DNA of 63,950 nucleotides, the filler included, from Octopus bimaculoides (lineage: Eukaryota), in NCBI RefSeq assembly GCF_001194135.2. It is 6 parts of 6 records of this genome, joined end to end, with 100 filler letters (N's around TTAATTAATTAA, not from the genome) between each part and the next. Parts side by side here need not be neighbours in the genome. Positions count along the whole stretch, not along the records: positions 1 to 8,323 come from NC_069006.1; positions 8,424 to 33,503 come from NC_068982.1; 4 more parts are not named here. The stretch is one strand, 5' to 3'. This document shows positions 1 through 12,918 of this stretch, in pieces. Every line of letters begins with the position of its first letter. Position 1 is the stretch's first letter. The position numbers and the translations under genes were made by a program. A model generated the notes under the pieces. That model was not told the origin of the DNA. It worked only from the letters and a program-made list of their open reading frames with translations, and made no database searches.

Positions 1-510
1 AGGTTGTTCGGTGGACAAGACTAAAAGGCATGAGGACTGACACATTCCTCATTGGTAGAGATCTCATTGACTTCTTCAAGTTTCAGTCGAAAAGGAAGTT
101 GAGGGTAGAGAGGGAAGTGCTGTCCTCGAGTGAGTTTACTGAAAGGTGGGTGAAAGTTGCGAAAATGGCAAGAGGGGATGGTGCCTCTTTAAGTGTAGAC
201 CTGTGAGTCGGAGAGAAGGAATTGGAGAGGACACTAGTTCTTGGGGTTCAGGGAAATCTTGGATGTAACCCTCCTGTAATGGTGGGAGGATGATAGAGAT
301 GTGGCCCTCTTCTACCAGGAGGGCCACATCCCTTTTTTTCTCTAAACCATTGTATACTATGTATATTTCCCTTCCTTTTCATTGTATGCTTACTTTTTGT
401 TGTTACTTATTCAATTATTTTATCATTCCATTATATCTAACCTCCCACACTTTATGTCTGTCATTGTATTGTCCTCCACATCTTTCGCCCTAGCGGCAAA
501 TAAATGAAAT
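1..510 (+). mobile_element. Tx1/L1-clade LINE 3' end (ORF2 C-terminus plus 3' UTR)
   Basis: Frame 3 reads VRWTRLKGMRTDTFLIGRDLIDFFKFQSKRKLRVEREVLSSSEFTERWVKVAKMARGDGASLSVDL* (Tx1-type ORF2 end). Pyrimidine-rich UTR, then AATAAA into an (ATC)n/(ATT)n array. Confidence 0.75.
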
Positions 511-528
511 CATCATCATCATCATCAC

Positions 529-584
<56 letters not shown>

Positions 585-741
585 GCTTTGTCTTCCGACC
601 TTTTAAGAAACAACAAACGGTAGGAAACCAACTAACACAAGTTGACTATAGTAAAAAAAATCCCCCTTTTAAAGGAAGAATTTACTTCCCCATTTATGCC
701 ATTGCGAAACTTATTTGATATTTCTTGGAATGGTTTCTTAC

Positions 742-813
742 TTTAATGGAATGGCAAACTGCATTTCCCTTTGGATAAACACAATTTATCCTCTTAATAC
801 AGTTTACTATCTG
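742..813 (-). CDS. Exon G of minus-strand multi-exon gene (QIVNCIKRINCVYPKGNAVCHSIK); gene continues beyond window start
   Basis: Acceptor cttcttttcttttctatttttgtggcag (NAGNAG) and donor AAA|gtaaga. 72 bp; only phase 0->0 is open, matching the phase-0 end of exon 9200-9249. Confidence 0.7.
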
Positions 814-1880
814 CTGCCACAAAAATAGAAAAGAAAAGAAGCAACGCTTTCTCTTTCTAACTTGAAGCTACTAACGACGTTAAGACGATTCTTTAAATAT
901 ATAATCTTAACTATAGAATCAAAATGGAGGTCACGTAATGACGTAGAAATGATGTCCCGCTTTAATGGCAGTCTTCTCAATAGAGACCAACACCCACCTT
1001 CACCACCAGCATTACCACCACCATGACGACGACAACGACGAAGACCACCACCACCACCACCACCACTCTCGGTTTAAGTACATCTGTCTACACATGCTAT
1101 TTTCCTTGATTTAAACATATATGTGTGCGTGTCTGTGTATGTGTGTGCGTGTGAATGTGTGCGCCCAGGTGTGTTACGCAATTTAAAGCGTGAGAAACAT
1201 TAAACAGAAAATACATTAAAATATGCGTATGCGTTTGTGTGCATATATNNNNNNNNNNNNNNNNNNNNNNNNNNNNNNNNNNNNNNNNNNNNNNNNNNNN
1301 NNNNNNNNNNNNNNNNNNNNNNNNNNNNNNNNNNNNNNNNNNNNNNNNNNNNNNNNNNNNNNNNNNNNNNNNNNNNNNNNNNNNNNNNNNNNNNNNNNNN
1401 NNNNNNNNNNNNNNNNNNNNNNNNNNNNNNNNNNNNNNNNNNNNNNNNNNNNNNNNNNNNNNNNNNNNNNNNNNNNNNNNNNNNNNNNNNNNNNNNNNNN
1501 NNNNNNNNNNNNNNNNNNNNNNNNNNNNNNNNNNNNNNNNNNNNNNNNNNNNNNNNNNNNNNNNNNNNNNNNNNNNNNNNNNNNNNNNNNNNNNNNNNNN
1601 NNNNNNNNNNNNNNNNNNNNNNNNNNNNNNNNNNNNNNNNNNNNNNNNNNNNNNNNNNNNNNNNNNNNNNNNNNNNNNNNNNNNNNNNNNNNNNNNNNNN
1701 NNNNNNNNNNNNNNNNNNNNNNNNNNNNNNNNNNNNNNNNNNNNNNNNNNNNNNNNNNNNNNNNNNNNNNNNNNNNNNNNNNNNNNNNNNNNNNNNNNNN
1801 NNNNNNNNNNNNNNNNNNNNNNNNNNNNNNNNNNNNNNNNNNNNNNNNNNNNNNNNNNNNNNNNNNNNNNNNNNNNNNNN

Positions 1881-1930
<50 letters not shown>

Positions 1931-2207
1931 GAGCGAGAGAGCAGTGCATGCCATCAAAGTGACACTGGGGTACAAATATACGAAGCCCAGTTTCCGTCTA
2001 CCAAATCCACTCACAATTCGTAGAGGACTAGTGGTGGGGAAATGCGACGACGTTCTCGGGGAGACTCTGGTAGCCGACGAAAACGAACTGGTTAGTCTGT
2101 TCAGGAGGGCTTTTTTCAGTCGGGAACTATCATGTATAATCTGTGGTATTAAGCAGAATATTTGCTGTAGCCCATCTTTTATACCAAGACAAAACAATGT
2201 ACATGAT
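1931..2207 (-). mobile_element. Chimeric, internally replaced copy of the (AAT)n-tailed repeat
   Basis: Both ends match the element at 2345-2876. The middle is replaced by a SINE-A fragment (gtttccgtctaccaaatccactcaca) and a Tx1-like linker peptide fragment. Confidence 0.6.
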
Positions 2208-2209
2208 AA

Positions 2210-2289
<80 letters not shown>

Positions 2290-2344
2290 CCCTCTCCCTT
2301 AATTGCTGGCCTTGTGCCAATGATAGAATAGAATTGCTATTATT

Positions 2345-2876
2345 TTTGAGTGAAAGAGCAATGAATGCTATCAAAGTGTTACTGGGGTACAAATATACGA
2401 AGCCCAGTATACACATCATGACTACCCGTCTGATAAGGGTACACCAGGTATATTGCATCACAACCATATGTGCGCGACATGGTGATCCTATATTAAGATA
2501 AGCAGAGTATGACCTTGAAGGTGGGGTCCAGTTAGAATTTTCTTCAGGTCAAGTAGCCCATCCCACGCAAAAGGTCCCTGAATAAGGGTTGTTTAAGAAT
2601 AGTTTTTCATGTTTCCAGAGGTGAATTATTCAGATCCTAAAGAATTCCGTTCAACACATGGCTATGATGCTCCCCCCACTACTTCTGCTCGTGATCAGAG
2701 ATGTACATATCGGCAGCCACCAAGAGACATACTCAACTGGTTAAGGTCAAACAACTGACAAGCAAATTTGTGGTATTGAGCAGAATATTTGCTGTAACCC
2801 ATCTTTTTATGCCAAGACAAAACAATGTACATGATAACACTTCCAATCAATTAAGATCAGAAGCCATGAGAGCCAC
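2345..2876 (-). mobile_element. ~530-bp non-autonomous retroposon-like repeat with (AAT)n tail
   Basis: Homologous to 51222-51455 (opposite orientation, ending ctctcactcaataataat), 1931-2207 and a fragment at ~4250-4375. Confidence 0.7.
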
Positions 2877-2899
2877 TGACTGATCCTGCATCATCATCA

Positions 2900-2961
<62 letters not shown>

Positions 2962-3289
2962 GGCTTTGTTCTCCGACTTTTAAGAAACAACAAACGGAAG
3001 AAACTAATTAACGCTTGTTTACTCTTGTNNNNNNNNNNNNNNNNNNNNNNNNNNNNNNNNNNNNNNNNNNNNNNNNNNNNNNNNNNNNNNNNNNNNNNNN
3101 NNNNNNNNNNNNNNNNNNNNNNNNNNNNNNNNNNNNNNNNNNNNNNNNNNNNNNNNNNNNNNNNNNTCCATCTCAAAAGGTATCTGAATTCAAAAGGAAC
3201 GGGAATTCTTGATCAGTTGAAAGAAATATTTAGTCTGTGATAAAAGAAGTAAAGGTGTCCAAAAGAAGGTGTATTACTTAAATTAAACA

Positions 3290-3610
3290 AAATTTGGTGC
3301 CATTAATTTGACGGAAGAACAAAATAAAATGCTTGGTAAAGAAAACTGGAATCCTGTTTCTCCCAAAGAAAAGCGAAAGATGAGGTTACCAAAATTTTAC
3401 GGAAGTCCAAATGTAGGTCGAATTGTGCCTGGGAAAAAGGACTTTAAGACAGCCCTGATCAAAGATGTCACGGTAAACGCGTATCAGGTTCTGCAGTATG
3501 GGCTCGCCTCTTATAGATAGTAGATGAGCATTTCGCAATTTCTTGTTGAACAACCGGCAACAGATAATTTGTCTGGTCAAATACTTGTGCTGTAAATTAA
3601 GCCTCACTCT
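3290..3610 (+). mobile_element. Possible degenerate Sola-like DNA transposase fragment
   Basis: PKFYGSPNVGRIVPGKKDF resembles the FY..xxSRxMPGKKD motif I associate with Sola-type transposases; stops and frameshifts follow. Confidence 0.3.
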
Positions 3611-4709
3611 CTCCATCAAACCGACGTTGCCCGTACAGGTGCACGGTGTGCCACGCGTCAGGTGTCGAAGTGATCACAGAGTAAATGTGCAATGGTAAAA
3701 TGAAATGCTTTGCTCAAGAACACAACACATCGCTCGGCCCGGGAATCGAACCCACGATCTTGAGAACGTGAATGCCACACCCTAAGCACTGGGCCTCGCG
3801 TCTTCACGATCTGAACTATAATAGAAGCTTAAGGCGGCGAACTAGCAGAAATCGTTAGCACACCGGGTAAACTGCTTAGCGGCATTTCGTTTAGGGACAT
3901 TTCGTCTGTCTTTATGTTCTGAGTTCAAATTTTACAGAGGTCAACTTCGCCTTTCATCCTTGTAACTCAATAGAAAATATCTCATTAGACGGTTAGGAAC
4001 TAAAGGGGCCGGGTCTCATTTTATTTACCGTATGATGGAGTGTGAGTCCAGGAGGATCCACAATAATCAAATTCCATGAAAGGAGGGAAAGGCTTTTGCA
4101 ATGAAGTGGACGACAAACGAAAACCCTGTCTAACCCGATTTTTGTCCATGAGTGACAACTGTTATTTCATGTTTCCTTACCCTAGAAAATGCAAAAAATG
4201 GCTAATATTTCCTTCAAATTTGGCTTTTGTTACATTTATTCAAACCCCTTTCGCCACATGGCTATGATGCTCCCCCACTGCTTATGAACAGAGATGCACA
4301 TATTGTCAGCCACTTAGGGACATGCTGACGTGGTTAAACTATCAAGAAAATCTGAGATATTGAGCGGAATATTTGTGATAACGATGTTTCTGTTTCAGCA
4401 ATTCAGCGCTGAACCTGTCTGAAATGTAACTGAAAATGAGTCAGTTTCAAAACATTGATGTCCAGGTCACAGAAGCAAAGTTTGAAGGGAATAGTAGTCA
4501 CATCCTTTGATTTCTAGATAAAAGCAAATAGGAAATAACACTTACTGACCAAAGAGAATATACATGAATAAATAAAAGTTTGTCACATTGTAATCGGAGA
4601 AGAGATATAAATCACCAAGTTATACAGTGTGTCCACAAAACCTTTAGACAATTTCAAAACGTCATTACGAAAAACTTAGAGGAAGTGGCAACTAAATTTT
4701 TGTTGCATA

Positions 4710-4971
4710 CTCTTTTACTTGTTTCAGTCATTTGACTGCGGCCATGCTGGAGCACCACCTTTAGTCGGGCAAATCGACTGCAGGACTTATTCTTTGTAAG
4801 CCTAGTACTTATTCTATCAGTCTCTTTTTGCCGAACCGCTAAGTTATGGGGACGTAAACACACCAGCACCGATTGTCAAGCGATGTTGGGGGTGGGGACA
4901 AACACAGACACACAAACACATACACACAGATACATATATATATATCTACATTTATACGACGGGCTTCTTTC
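4710..4971 (-). mobile_element. tRNA-derived SINE family A (3' half)
   Basis: ctcttttacttgtttcagtcatttgactgcggccatgctggagcacc...; matches the near-full copy at 36398-36803. Confidence 0.85.
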
Positions 4972-6259
4972 NNNNNNNNNNNNNNNNNNNNNNNNNNNNN
5001 NNNNNNNNNNNNNNNNNNNNNNNNNNNNNNNNNNNNNNNNNNNNNNNNNNNNNNNNNNNNNNNNNNNNNNNNNNNNNNNNNNNNNNNNNNNNNNNNNNNN
5101 NNNNNNNNNNNNNNNNNNNNNNNNNNNNNNNNNNNNNNNNNNNNNNNNNNNNNNNNNNNNNNNNNNNNNNNNNNNNNNNNNNNNNNNNNNNNNNNNNNNN
5201 NNNNNNNNNNNNNNNNNNNNNNNNNNNNNNNNNNNNNNNNNNNNNNNNNNNNNNNGGCGTTGTGAGTGTTTATTGAGCGAAAACACCTAAAGCTCCACGA
5301 GGCTCCGGCAGAGGATGGTGGCGAACCCTGCTGTACTCTTTCACCACAACTTTCTCTCACTCTTTCTTCCTGTTTCTGTTGTGCGTGTAATTGAAAGGGG
5401 CCAGCCTTGTCACACTGTGTCACGCTGAATATCCCCGAGAACTACATTAAGGGTACACGTGTCTGTGGAGTGCTCAGCCACTTGCACGTTAATTTCACGA
5501 GCAGGCTGTTCTGTTGATCGGATCAACTGGAACCCTCGACGTCGTAAGCGACGGAGTGCCAACAACAACAACAAGTATTTTTATTAATGTTATGCGTTTC
5601 AGACCGCAATTAATGTAATTTTAATAAATTTTCCTATTTCTCTGATGACTTTAAAGATAACCTGTATATCAAGTCGGATTGGTGTCCACATATTGGTTGT
5701 TGCTTCTTGCTATGTTCCAGCCTTATTCAGATGTCTTGTAATTCCACCTTAGTGTCTTACCTGGGGTTGAAGTCAGATCCTCTGAGCGACTGCACCGCAT
5801 TAACTAGCGCCTTAATCCATTACACTATTGTCGAAGGCAGCGCCAGAAAGAATTTTGAAGGATTATAAAGCTGTCGCCTTCTGAAGGATTCACAGCAGAA
5901 ACGTAGTGAAAAGCAACGACCAAGATGAGGAAGCCATCGAGACTAATACATAATACAACCATTCATCAAGTCAGAAATACGGAATCGTACCAAGTTATAT
6001 GTCTGTTGAAGTATAAAATAGTGATGGGGGCACGTCGGTTAATAACAAGGAAGAGAGAAAGGAGAAACGGTGTCCCTTGCTGTTGATGGAAATACTCCTT
6101 TAAAATTAATTAGGGTTTACTCTGTAGAGTACCCATCTGTTTTATTACCGAGCATATATTACTGGGCGGGGTGGGGTACACGTGGATATGAACATGGTAC
6201 GTAGGTTGATATATAAATGAATACATAGATACGAGATATGTAGGTATACAGATAGGCAG

Positions 6260-6312
<53 letters not shown>

Positions 6313-8150
6313 NNNNNNNNNNNNNNNNNNNNNNNNNNNNNNNNNNNNNNNNNNNNNNNNNNNNNNNNNNNNNNNNNNNNNNNNNNNNNNNNNNNNNNNN
6401 NNNNNNNNNNNNNNNNNNNNNNNNNNNNNNNNNNNNNNNNNNNNNNNNNNNNNNNNNNNNNNNNNNNNNNNNNNNNNNNNNNNNNNNNNNNNNNNNNNNN
6501 NNNNNNNNNNNNNNNNNNNNNNNNNNNNNNNNNNNNNNNNNNNNNNNNNNNNNNNNNNNNNNNNNNNNNNNNNNNNNNNNNNNNNNNNNNNNNNNNNNNN
6601 NNNNNNNNNNNNNNNNNNNNNNNNNNNNNNNNNNNNNNNNNNNNNNNNNNNNNNNNNNNNNNNNNNNNNNNNNNNNNNNNNNNNNNNNNNNNNNNNNNNN
6701 NNNNNNNNNNNNNNNNNNNNNNNNNNNNNNNNNNNNNNNNNNNNNNNNNNNNNNNNNNNNNNNNNNNNNNNNNNNNNNNNNNNNNNNNNNNNNNNNNNNN
6801 NNNNNNNNNNNNNNNNNNNNNNNNNNNNNNNNNNNNNNNNNNNNNNNNNNNNNNNNNNNNNNNNNNNNNNNNNNNNNNNNNNNNNNNNNNNNNNNNNNNN
6901 NNNNNNNNNNNNNNNNNNNNNNNNNNNCAGAGGAGAGCAACGAAGAGAAAGAAGACGTAGAGTTAGTGAAGAGAGCGAAGAGGGGTTCAATCGTGTTATC
7001 ATTATATCTTGCGAATTGGCAACCCATCGATCACTTCTGTGATCCATCAGTATAAACAGTTCAATCTATTCTTTATTCTTTCCATCTTCCTCCTTATCTC
7101 TTTCTCTCTTACTCCCTAAATCCCCCTATATTCTCCCACTTTCTCTCACATATCTCCCAACATCTCCCCTCTCGGTCTCTCTTTTCCCATCCTCCCAGCC
7201 TCTATCTGTTCCCACCATCTTCCTTAATATAGGTCACATCTCGTAATTTATCCGTTTGTTTAACTTTTCACGCAATCATAAAACGATTTATATCTACTGT
7301 TTAGCAAAATACACAGATATATATACATATACAGTTCCTATCTTCCTATCTTCTCACAGTAAACAGGAAAGTTGGTTAAACAATCCTTTTAAATGGAATT
7401 TTTGTTATTTCTCTGGCACCAAAGGTTTCTTGCTAACACTAATCAGTATTTTTTCAACCAGAATTCAAAACAGGAATGGCACTACGCCTTATATATACAT
7501 ATGCTCGATGGCCTTGAATTTTATACATAACAGTTATCAAATTTTATGTTTAGAGTCATGCATGAATCTCAAAGCTTTCGACATAACACTTTCTCCTCTT
7601 TTCCTTTCTCACAAAAATTCAATATCTTCAGTTTACTCCATTCTCATAATTTATGTTTTCAAAAATTATTATTTATTAATATATTACATTATTGTTATTA
7701 TTCAGTCCATTAAACGAGGGTCTATATATGCATGCATGTATGTATGCATGTATGTATGTATGTATGTATGCATGTATGTATGTATGTATGTATGTATGTA
7801 TGTATGTATGTATGTATGTGTGCGCATGTACGTGTGTGTGTGTGTGTGCATACAATGGTAAAGAAAGCTACTTATTAATTAGTTATGACTAGGTAACGTT
7901 TACTAAAAGAAACCAATTAAAGTCTACACTGTCTAGAAAATTCTGAAAAATATCAATTTTAATTCACAGCACGATAGCATTTTATTACCACTTCAAGACT
8001 AAATTTTATAACGTTTTAGATCTTTCTGTGTTTATATTTACCTTTCCTCCCGTTGCTATACATGCGCGCGCGTACACACTTATATACACACACACACATA
8101 TATACATGTACATATCTATCTATCTATATATATATATATAGTAGCTATTA

Positions 8151-8323
8151 GGCGCAGGAATGGCTGCGTGGTAAGAAGATTGCTTCCCAAGCACATGATT
8201 CTGGTTTCAGTCCCACTGTATGGTACCTTGGGTGAGTGCCTTCTACTATAGCCTCGGGTCGACCAAAGCCTTATGAGTGGATTTTGTAGACGGAAACTGG
8301 AAGAATCCCGTCGTATATATATA
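8151..8323 (+). mobile_element. SINE family A (5' half)
   Basis: tRNA-like head followed by ccttggg...cttctactatagcctcggg; runs into (TA)n and a gap. Confidence 0.85.
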
Positions 8324-8423
8324 NNNNNNNNNNNNNNNNNNNNNNNNNNNNNNNNNNNNNNNNNNNNTTAATTAATTAANNNNNNNNNNNNNNNNNNNNN
8401 NNNNNNNNNNNNNNNNNNNNNNN
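8324..8423. other. Assembly gap spacer: 44 N + TTAATTAATTAA + 44 N (artefact)
   Basis: Identical 100-bp construct also at 33504-33603, 40642-40741, 60792-60891 and 62771-62870; the linker has stops in all six frames. Confidence 0.95.
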
Positions 8424-8481
8424 TAAGAGGTGAAAAATGCAACTTACATGGGAGCCGATGTGTCTACCGTCCGTCCATGAT

Positions 8482-8529
<48 letters not shown>

Positions 8530-9199
8530 GATAGATTGATATAGAGGTAAGTAGAACGGAAGGGAGCGAGTGAGGGAGGTATGCATGTATGTATGTAGGT
8601 AGACATTTATGTATGCATGTATGTATGTATGTATGTGTGTAAGTATGTATGTAAGTATGTATGTATGTGTGTAAGTATGCATGTATGTATGTATGTATGT
8701 ATGTAGGTAGGTAGGTAGGTAGGTAGGTAGGTAGGTAGGTAGGTAGGTAAACGGATCGATAAATTGTTAGATAAACAGATATCGATATAGATAGATTGCT
8801 AGATTAGAGATGTATGGAAAGTGACAATCAGTAAATAGAATATAACAGATGTAATTGGTCTGATATAGTCTTCAACATCGTTTTCTGCAGAAATCCCTGT
8901 CACACAAAATAAATGGGATGAATATTATAACTGAAAAGACGGTGAATATATAACATTGGGAAGTGGTCTGAAGAAAGTATAGTTTTCAGAAACACAATGT
9001 TATAGGTTGCTAAAGAAAAAAAATAATCTAAATATTGTAGGTTATATTTTGGATAAAGAAAATAGGAACGCACACATCTGAACCACAGTCAGCAGAGCAG
9101 GCTCTTGAAAATCAATGAAGTATAACTTTAGTAACAACGGATCAATGAAAATGAATATCAATAGAAAATGATATATGAAAGTTTGAAACAGATAATCAC

Positions 9200-9249
9200 C
9201 TCTGGTGGAATAACTGGAGCAAAGCATTTCAATGTAACATGGAATTGGT
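9200..9249 (-). CDS. Exon F of minus-strand gene (Y-QFHVTLKCFAPVIPPE)
   Basis: Acceptor ctttctatttcctgttaaatttatgtaaccag and donor GAG|gtgatt. 50 bp, phase 1->0; bridges exons 12828-12918 and 742-813 in frame. Confidence 0.7.
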
Positions 9250-9309
9250 CTGGTTACATAAATTTAACAGGAAATAGAAAGTAGGTCAGACGAATTAATA
9301 TAAGTATTT

Positions 9310-9622
9310 ATTTATTCATTTATGCGCCCTTTTAAAGCCTAGCCAGGCCCATGGACCTGGTTCCGCGGTTTCTATGGCGCATGTGTTCCCCCCAGTTGGA
9401 CGGGACGCCAGTCCATTGCAGCGTTACTCAAGAAACAAGAAGAAACAGTGAGAGAAAGTTGGAGCGAAAGAGTACAACAGGGGTCGCCACCACCCTCTGC
9501 CGGAGCCTCGTGGTGCTTTTAGGTATTTTCTCTCAATAAACAAACACAACGCCTGGTCTGGGAACCAAACCGCTATCCTCCGACCGCGAGTCCGCTGCCC
9601 TAACCACTGGGCCATTGTGCCT
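9310..9622 (-). mobile_element. SINE family C with tail type 2
   Basis: Same head and body as 43840, but tail gactggcgtcccgtccaactgggg..agaaaccgcggaacc..ggctaggc. Confidence 0.85.
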
Positions 9623-10789
9623 CCACGATATAATTATTACAGAATGAAAAGCAGAAGATGGTGCTTGAAAGTTACGGAATGTCTTACTCCGATGCAGAAT
9701 TACAACAAATTTTTACTGACTACAGTTAGTAAAATGTCTATCCATATGCCAACCATGGAATACGAATATGCCATACATAGAAGACAACACAGAGACAAAT
9801 GCAAAGGGTAAAGTGGAATGACCCCTTCGGTCATAAATAACCATGGGATTGCCCTTAGAAAGTCCGGGCGATGTTGATTATGGAAGAGCAGCAGCCGCCA
9901 ATGCATACCAGCTTCCCCTCTGCACGCCACCTATGTTATTCACTGGGGGGGGGGGGCAATGACCGATGCAGCTTGGCACCAATGACGTTGCAACTGATGT
10001 CTACAGCTGAATGAACTAAAGCAACGTAAAATGAAGTATCTTGCTCAAGAACACGGCACGCAGGCCGGTCTGGGAATCGACCTCACTACTTCATGATTGA
10101 GAACCCGATGCTCTAACGCCTGAGCCATGCACCTTCAATATTAAAACAGGAAGACTAATTTAAAGGAAGGCAAGTAATTAACATATACCTATTACATGGT
10201 CTGCCATTACTCAGAAAATCATAAAATAACTTCAGAACATATGAATTTTCTTTTTTCCTGGAAAGGAAAAATCTATTTACTAGAAGAACAAAACGGGTAT
10301 AGAAAGAAACCATATGTATCTCCATTGATTTATATCAATTGAATGATATGCAAACAAGTTCGAAATTAGAAAGAACTCACCTGTTAGATGATAGATTACA
10401 AGAGAATATGTGATTATATGCATCACAATTTGCAATTTGGAATCCATTAACTACACTTTCCTCATGGTCACCCAAAGACAGAATTTTGGCTTCGTTGTAA
10501 TGTTGCACTCAAGCTCTGGCCAATGGAGTGTCACTCTCTTGACTCCTGTGTAGAGAACGTACCTTATCCTTGATTGCACAGTCTTTGCACATCACATTAA
10601 GAACATTGGACATGACCAATCTCACCTCCTAAACATTGTCTACGATATCTTTTCTGAGCTGCGTTTCTAAATTTCTTAATAGCTCTCACTACTCTCTAGT
10701 TTTCTCTGTCTGCATTACCTTAGTAAACATTTTCGAATCTGATCAAATTGCACTTTTCAGGGTGAACCATCGTTTATTATTGCCGATTA

Positions 10790-11500
10790 CTCACTTCAAA
10801 TATTACTTAACTAATTTGCAGACCCGGCATCTCTGCGTCGGGCATGATGCAACCAGCATTCAGTAACTATGTTTGCCTATGATGCTTCTGCATTTCGCTC
10901 GCGAATATTGCAAATTTATGCTCTGTATAAACTACCATATTGAATTGTGTACAATCTACGCTGTCACTGTCCTTCAGAAAACTCTATCCAGATACAATTT
11001 AGATGTGTATATTCATTTTATCCAGGAAATCCTTTTGGCACCACTCAGAGAATTGAACTGTCTCAGCAATTTTGCAATGCTTTTGTATCTTTTCTGATCG
11101 GCCAAACACTAAGTCCCATTAACTTTAGAATATAACGCCCCAAAATCCCACTATAATTAAAGTGCAAGCGGTTCTATACGATAATGCATTGTTTAGGGCT
11201 GGAAAATAGACTTGCTTATGGATGAAAAATATCAGTAAGACTACATTGTTTCTGTGAATTTGTGTCTCCGCCTTGCTGCCAGCTGCGGTAGATATATGTC
11301 AGGAAGTCTCCATAGAACACGCAGGATAGATCACTCACACGAGGCGATTTGCCCATCATGTAGCAGTCATCGTTTTCTGGATTTCGGCGGCTGTTTTTTG
11401 CTTTTCGCAACGCTCAACTTCTCTTTCCAAGTTTCAGGACATGCCATTGAGGTCGACATTGGAATCAATCCTACTGTCCGACCTACCATTTGTTATGTCA
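10790..11500 (-). mobile_element. Possible decayed piggyBac transposase C-terminal remnant
   Basis: Minus-strand LYSKVNGT*CLADQKRY (cf. YNKxMGGVDLADQ), KRISWIK and a CPTQRCRVC Cys motif occur in the expected order; many stops. Confidence 0.35.
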
Positions 11501-11731
11501 AAAGCCTGAGTGGTAAACTTGAACCTGAATGCAGAGCAAATTGCGCCAGACTGAATGCTGTAATATGCTTGGGGGGGGGGCGTTCTAATGCATCTGCCTG
11601 AAAATGAAAAAGTAACGCGGAAGAAAGTGTGTATGTACGCATGCGTATATACGGACAAACACATCCGCACACGCAAACAGACACAGACACAGACACACAC
11701 GCGCTCACTCGCGCGCGCGCACGCACATATA

Positions 11732-12260
11732 CAGGGTGTTCGGACTGAATTTTATATGTCCGCAATTTTTCAGGTACAGATTCTTTTACTTCTAAATACT
11801 CAACAGCGTTGCAGAGCATAAAGATAACAGAAGTTGAGAAAAAGTTACCTGATTTGCAAAACTGGTATCCATCTGAATATTGGAATTAATTTACCTTCTA
11901 TAATGATGGTTTACATCCTGTATCAGAATGCCGATATTATGACTGCTGTTTGATTTTTCTAAGTAAAAGCTATTAAGCAAGTGGCCCGCTTGGACTGTGA
12001 CCTCAATACCGTGACCAGCGGTAAAATACATTGCTGGCGTTCTGAGTGCGTCTGGACGCCGTTGCCTATGCAACAAATGATGAACGTAGATGTAGGGTCA
12101 CTTCAGACGCCCATGCGAAGCAGCTGGAGACTATGGTCAAACCCAGCTGAAGAGAGTTGCTGCTGAAAGACCATATGTGTAGCAGCAGGATTCAGCACCT
12201 TGCTATGCCCGTAAAGTGTCAGAAATGATTTCCAAAGAATTTGTTGGGAATGTATTAGAA
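11732..12260 (+). mobile_element. Tc1/mariner (maT/DD37D-like) transposon remnant
   Basis: TA-CAGGGTG terminus; degenerate peptide QLETMVKP..KRVAAERPYV*QQDSAPC. Confidence 0.65.
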
Positions 12261-12827
12261 TTCCTGTTATTTCTCGGCTATAATCTAGCTATGTTTTGTT
12301 GGAAATGTGAAACCTGAAATAGGCCTAAAACTAGAACTGGGAAAAGAATATGGTTCACTGCCCACAGTTGAAATTAAATGGTAAAACTAACAGAAGTAAA
12401 AAAAAAAGAATTCTTGCTCTTTAAAATAAGTATTTGCCAGTAAGCCATAATTAGAGGGTGTCTTTTGATAGACGCTCCATGAAAATATCATATTGGGGCT
12501 GCTACCCCAATATGAAGGACATTATCAGCTGTAAGCTTCAGTAACAGCCCACTCTTAGCTGTAACTATCGTGACCATGAAGCTCACACACTTGATCAGAC
12601 ATGTATAATGACTTCTGACATTAATGACACAGAAATGAGAGCAACGTTTCAATATGACTTAATTGTAAAAAAAGAAATTACGTTCCTCATTAAAACTTTA
12701 TTCAAACCACCAACCTTCTTTCCGGTATATCTACAAAGCAGAAGCCATTAAGTGTGATAGCCAGGAATAGGGTTCGAAGACCAATTGCACAAGTGAAGAA
12801 TCGTGGCGAAATCTACATCATACTTAC

Positions 12828-12918
12828 ATGGATCTAAGAAATGCAACTGATGCGTAGCTGAAATACCGCATATTCGTTTCTTATCCAAGACTTCCATCAC
12901 ACTACTTAAATCCAAGTC
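12828..12918 (-). CDS. Exon E of minus-strand gene (DLDLSSVMEVLDKKRICGISATHQLHFLDP)
   Basis: Acceptor cttgtattttttgaaaattcag and donor CAT|gtaagt. 91 bp; only frame 0 is open (phase 0->1). Confidence 0.8.

Noticed and set aside
5600-6110. Strong minus-strand donor CAG|gtaaga near 5760 and a CTGATGA motif near 5642
   Set aside because: All acceptor choices give stops in every frame, and GAAA/helix III is missing. Probably an old unclassified repeat.
8368-8379. Recurrent palindrome TTAATTAATTAA (five copies), which could look like a regulatory or recombination site
   Set aside because: It always sits between exactly 44 N on each side, so it is a scaffolding linker.
11254-11601. 115-aa plus-strand ORF and a strong minus-strand acceptor near 11598
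   Set aside because: No phase-compatible donor and no recognisable product; overlaps the putative piggyBac relic.
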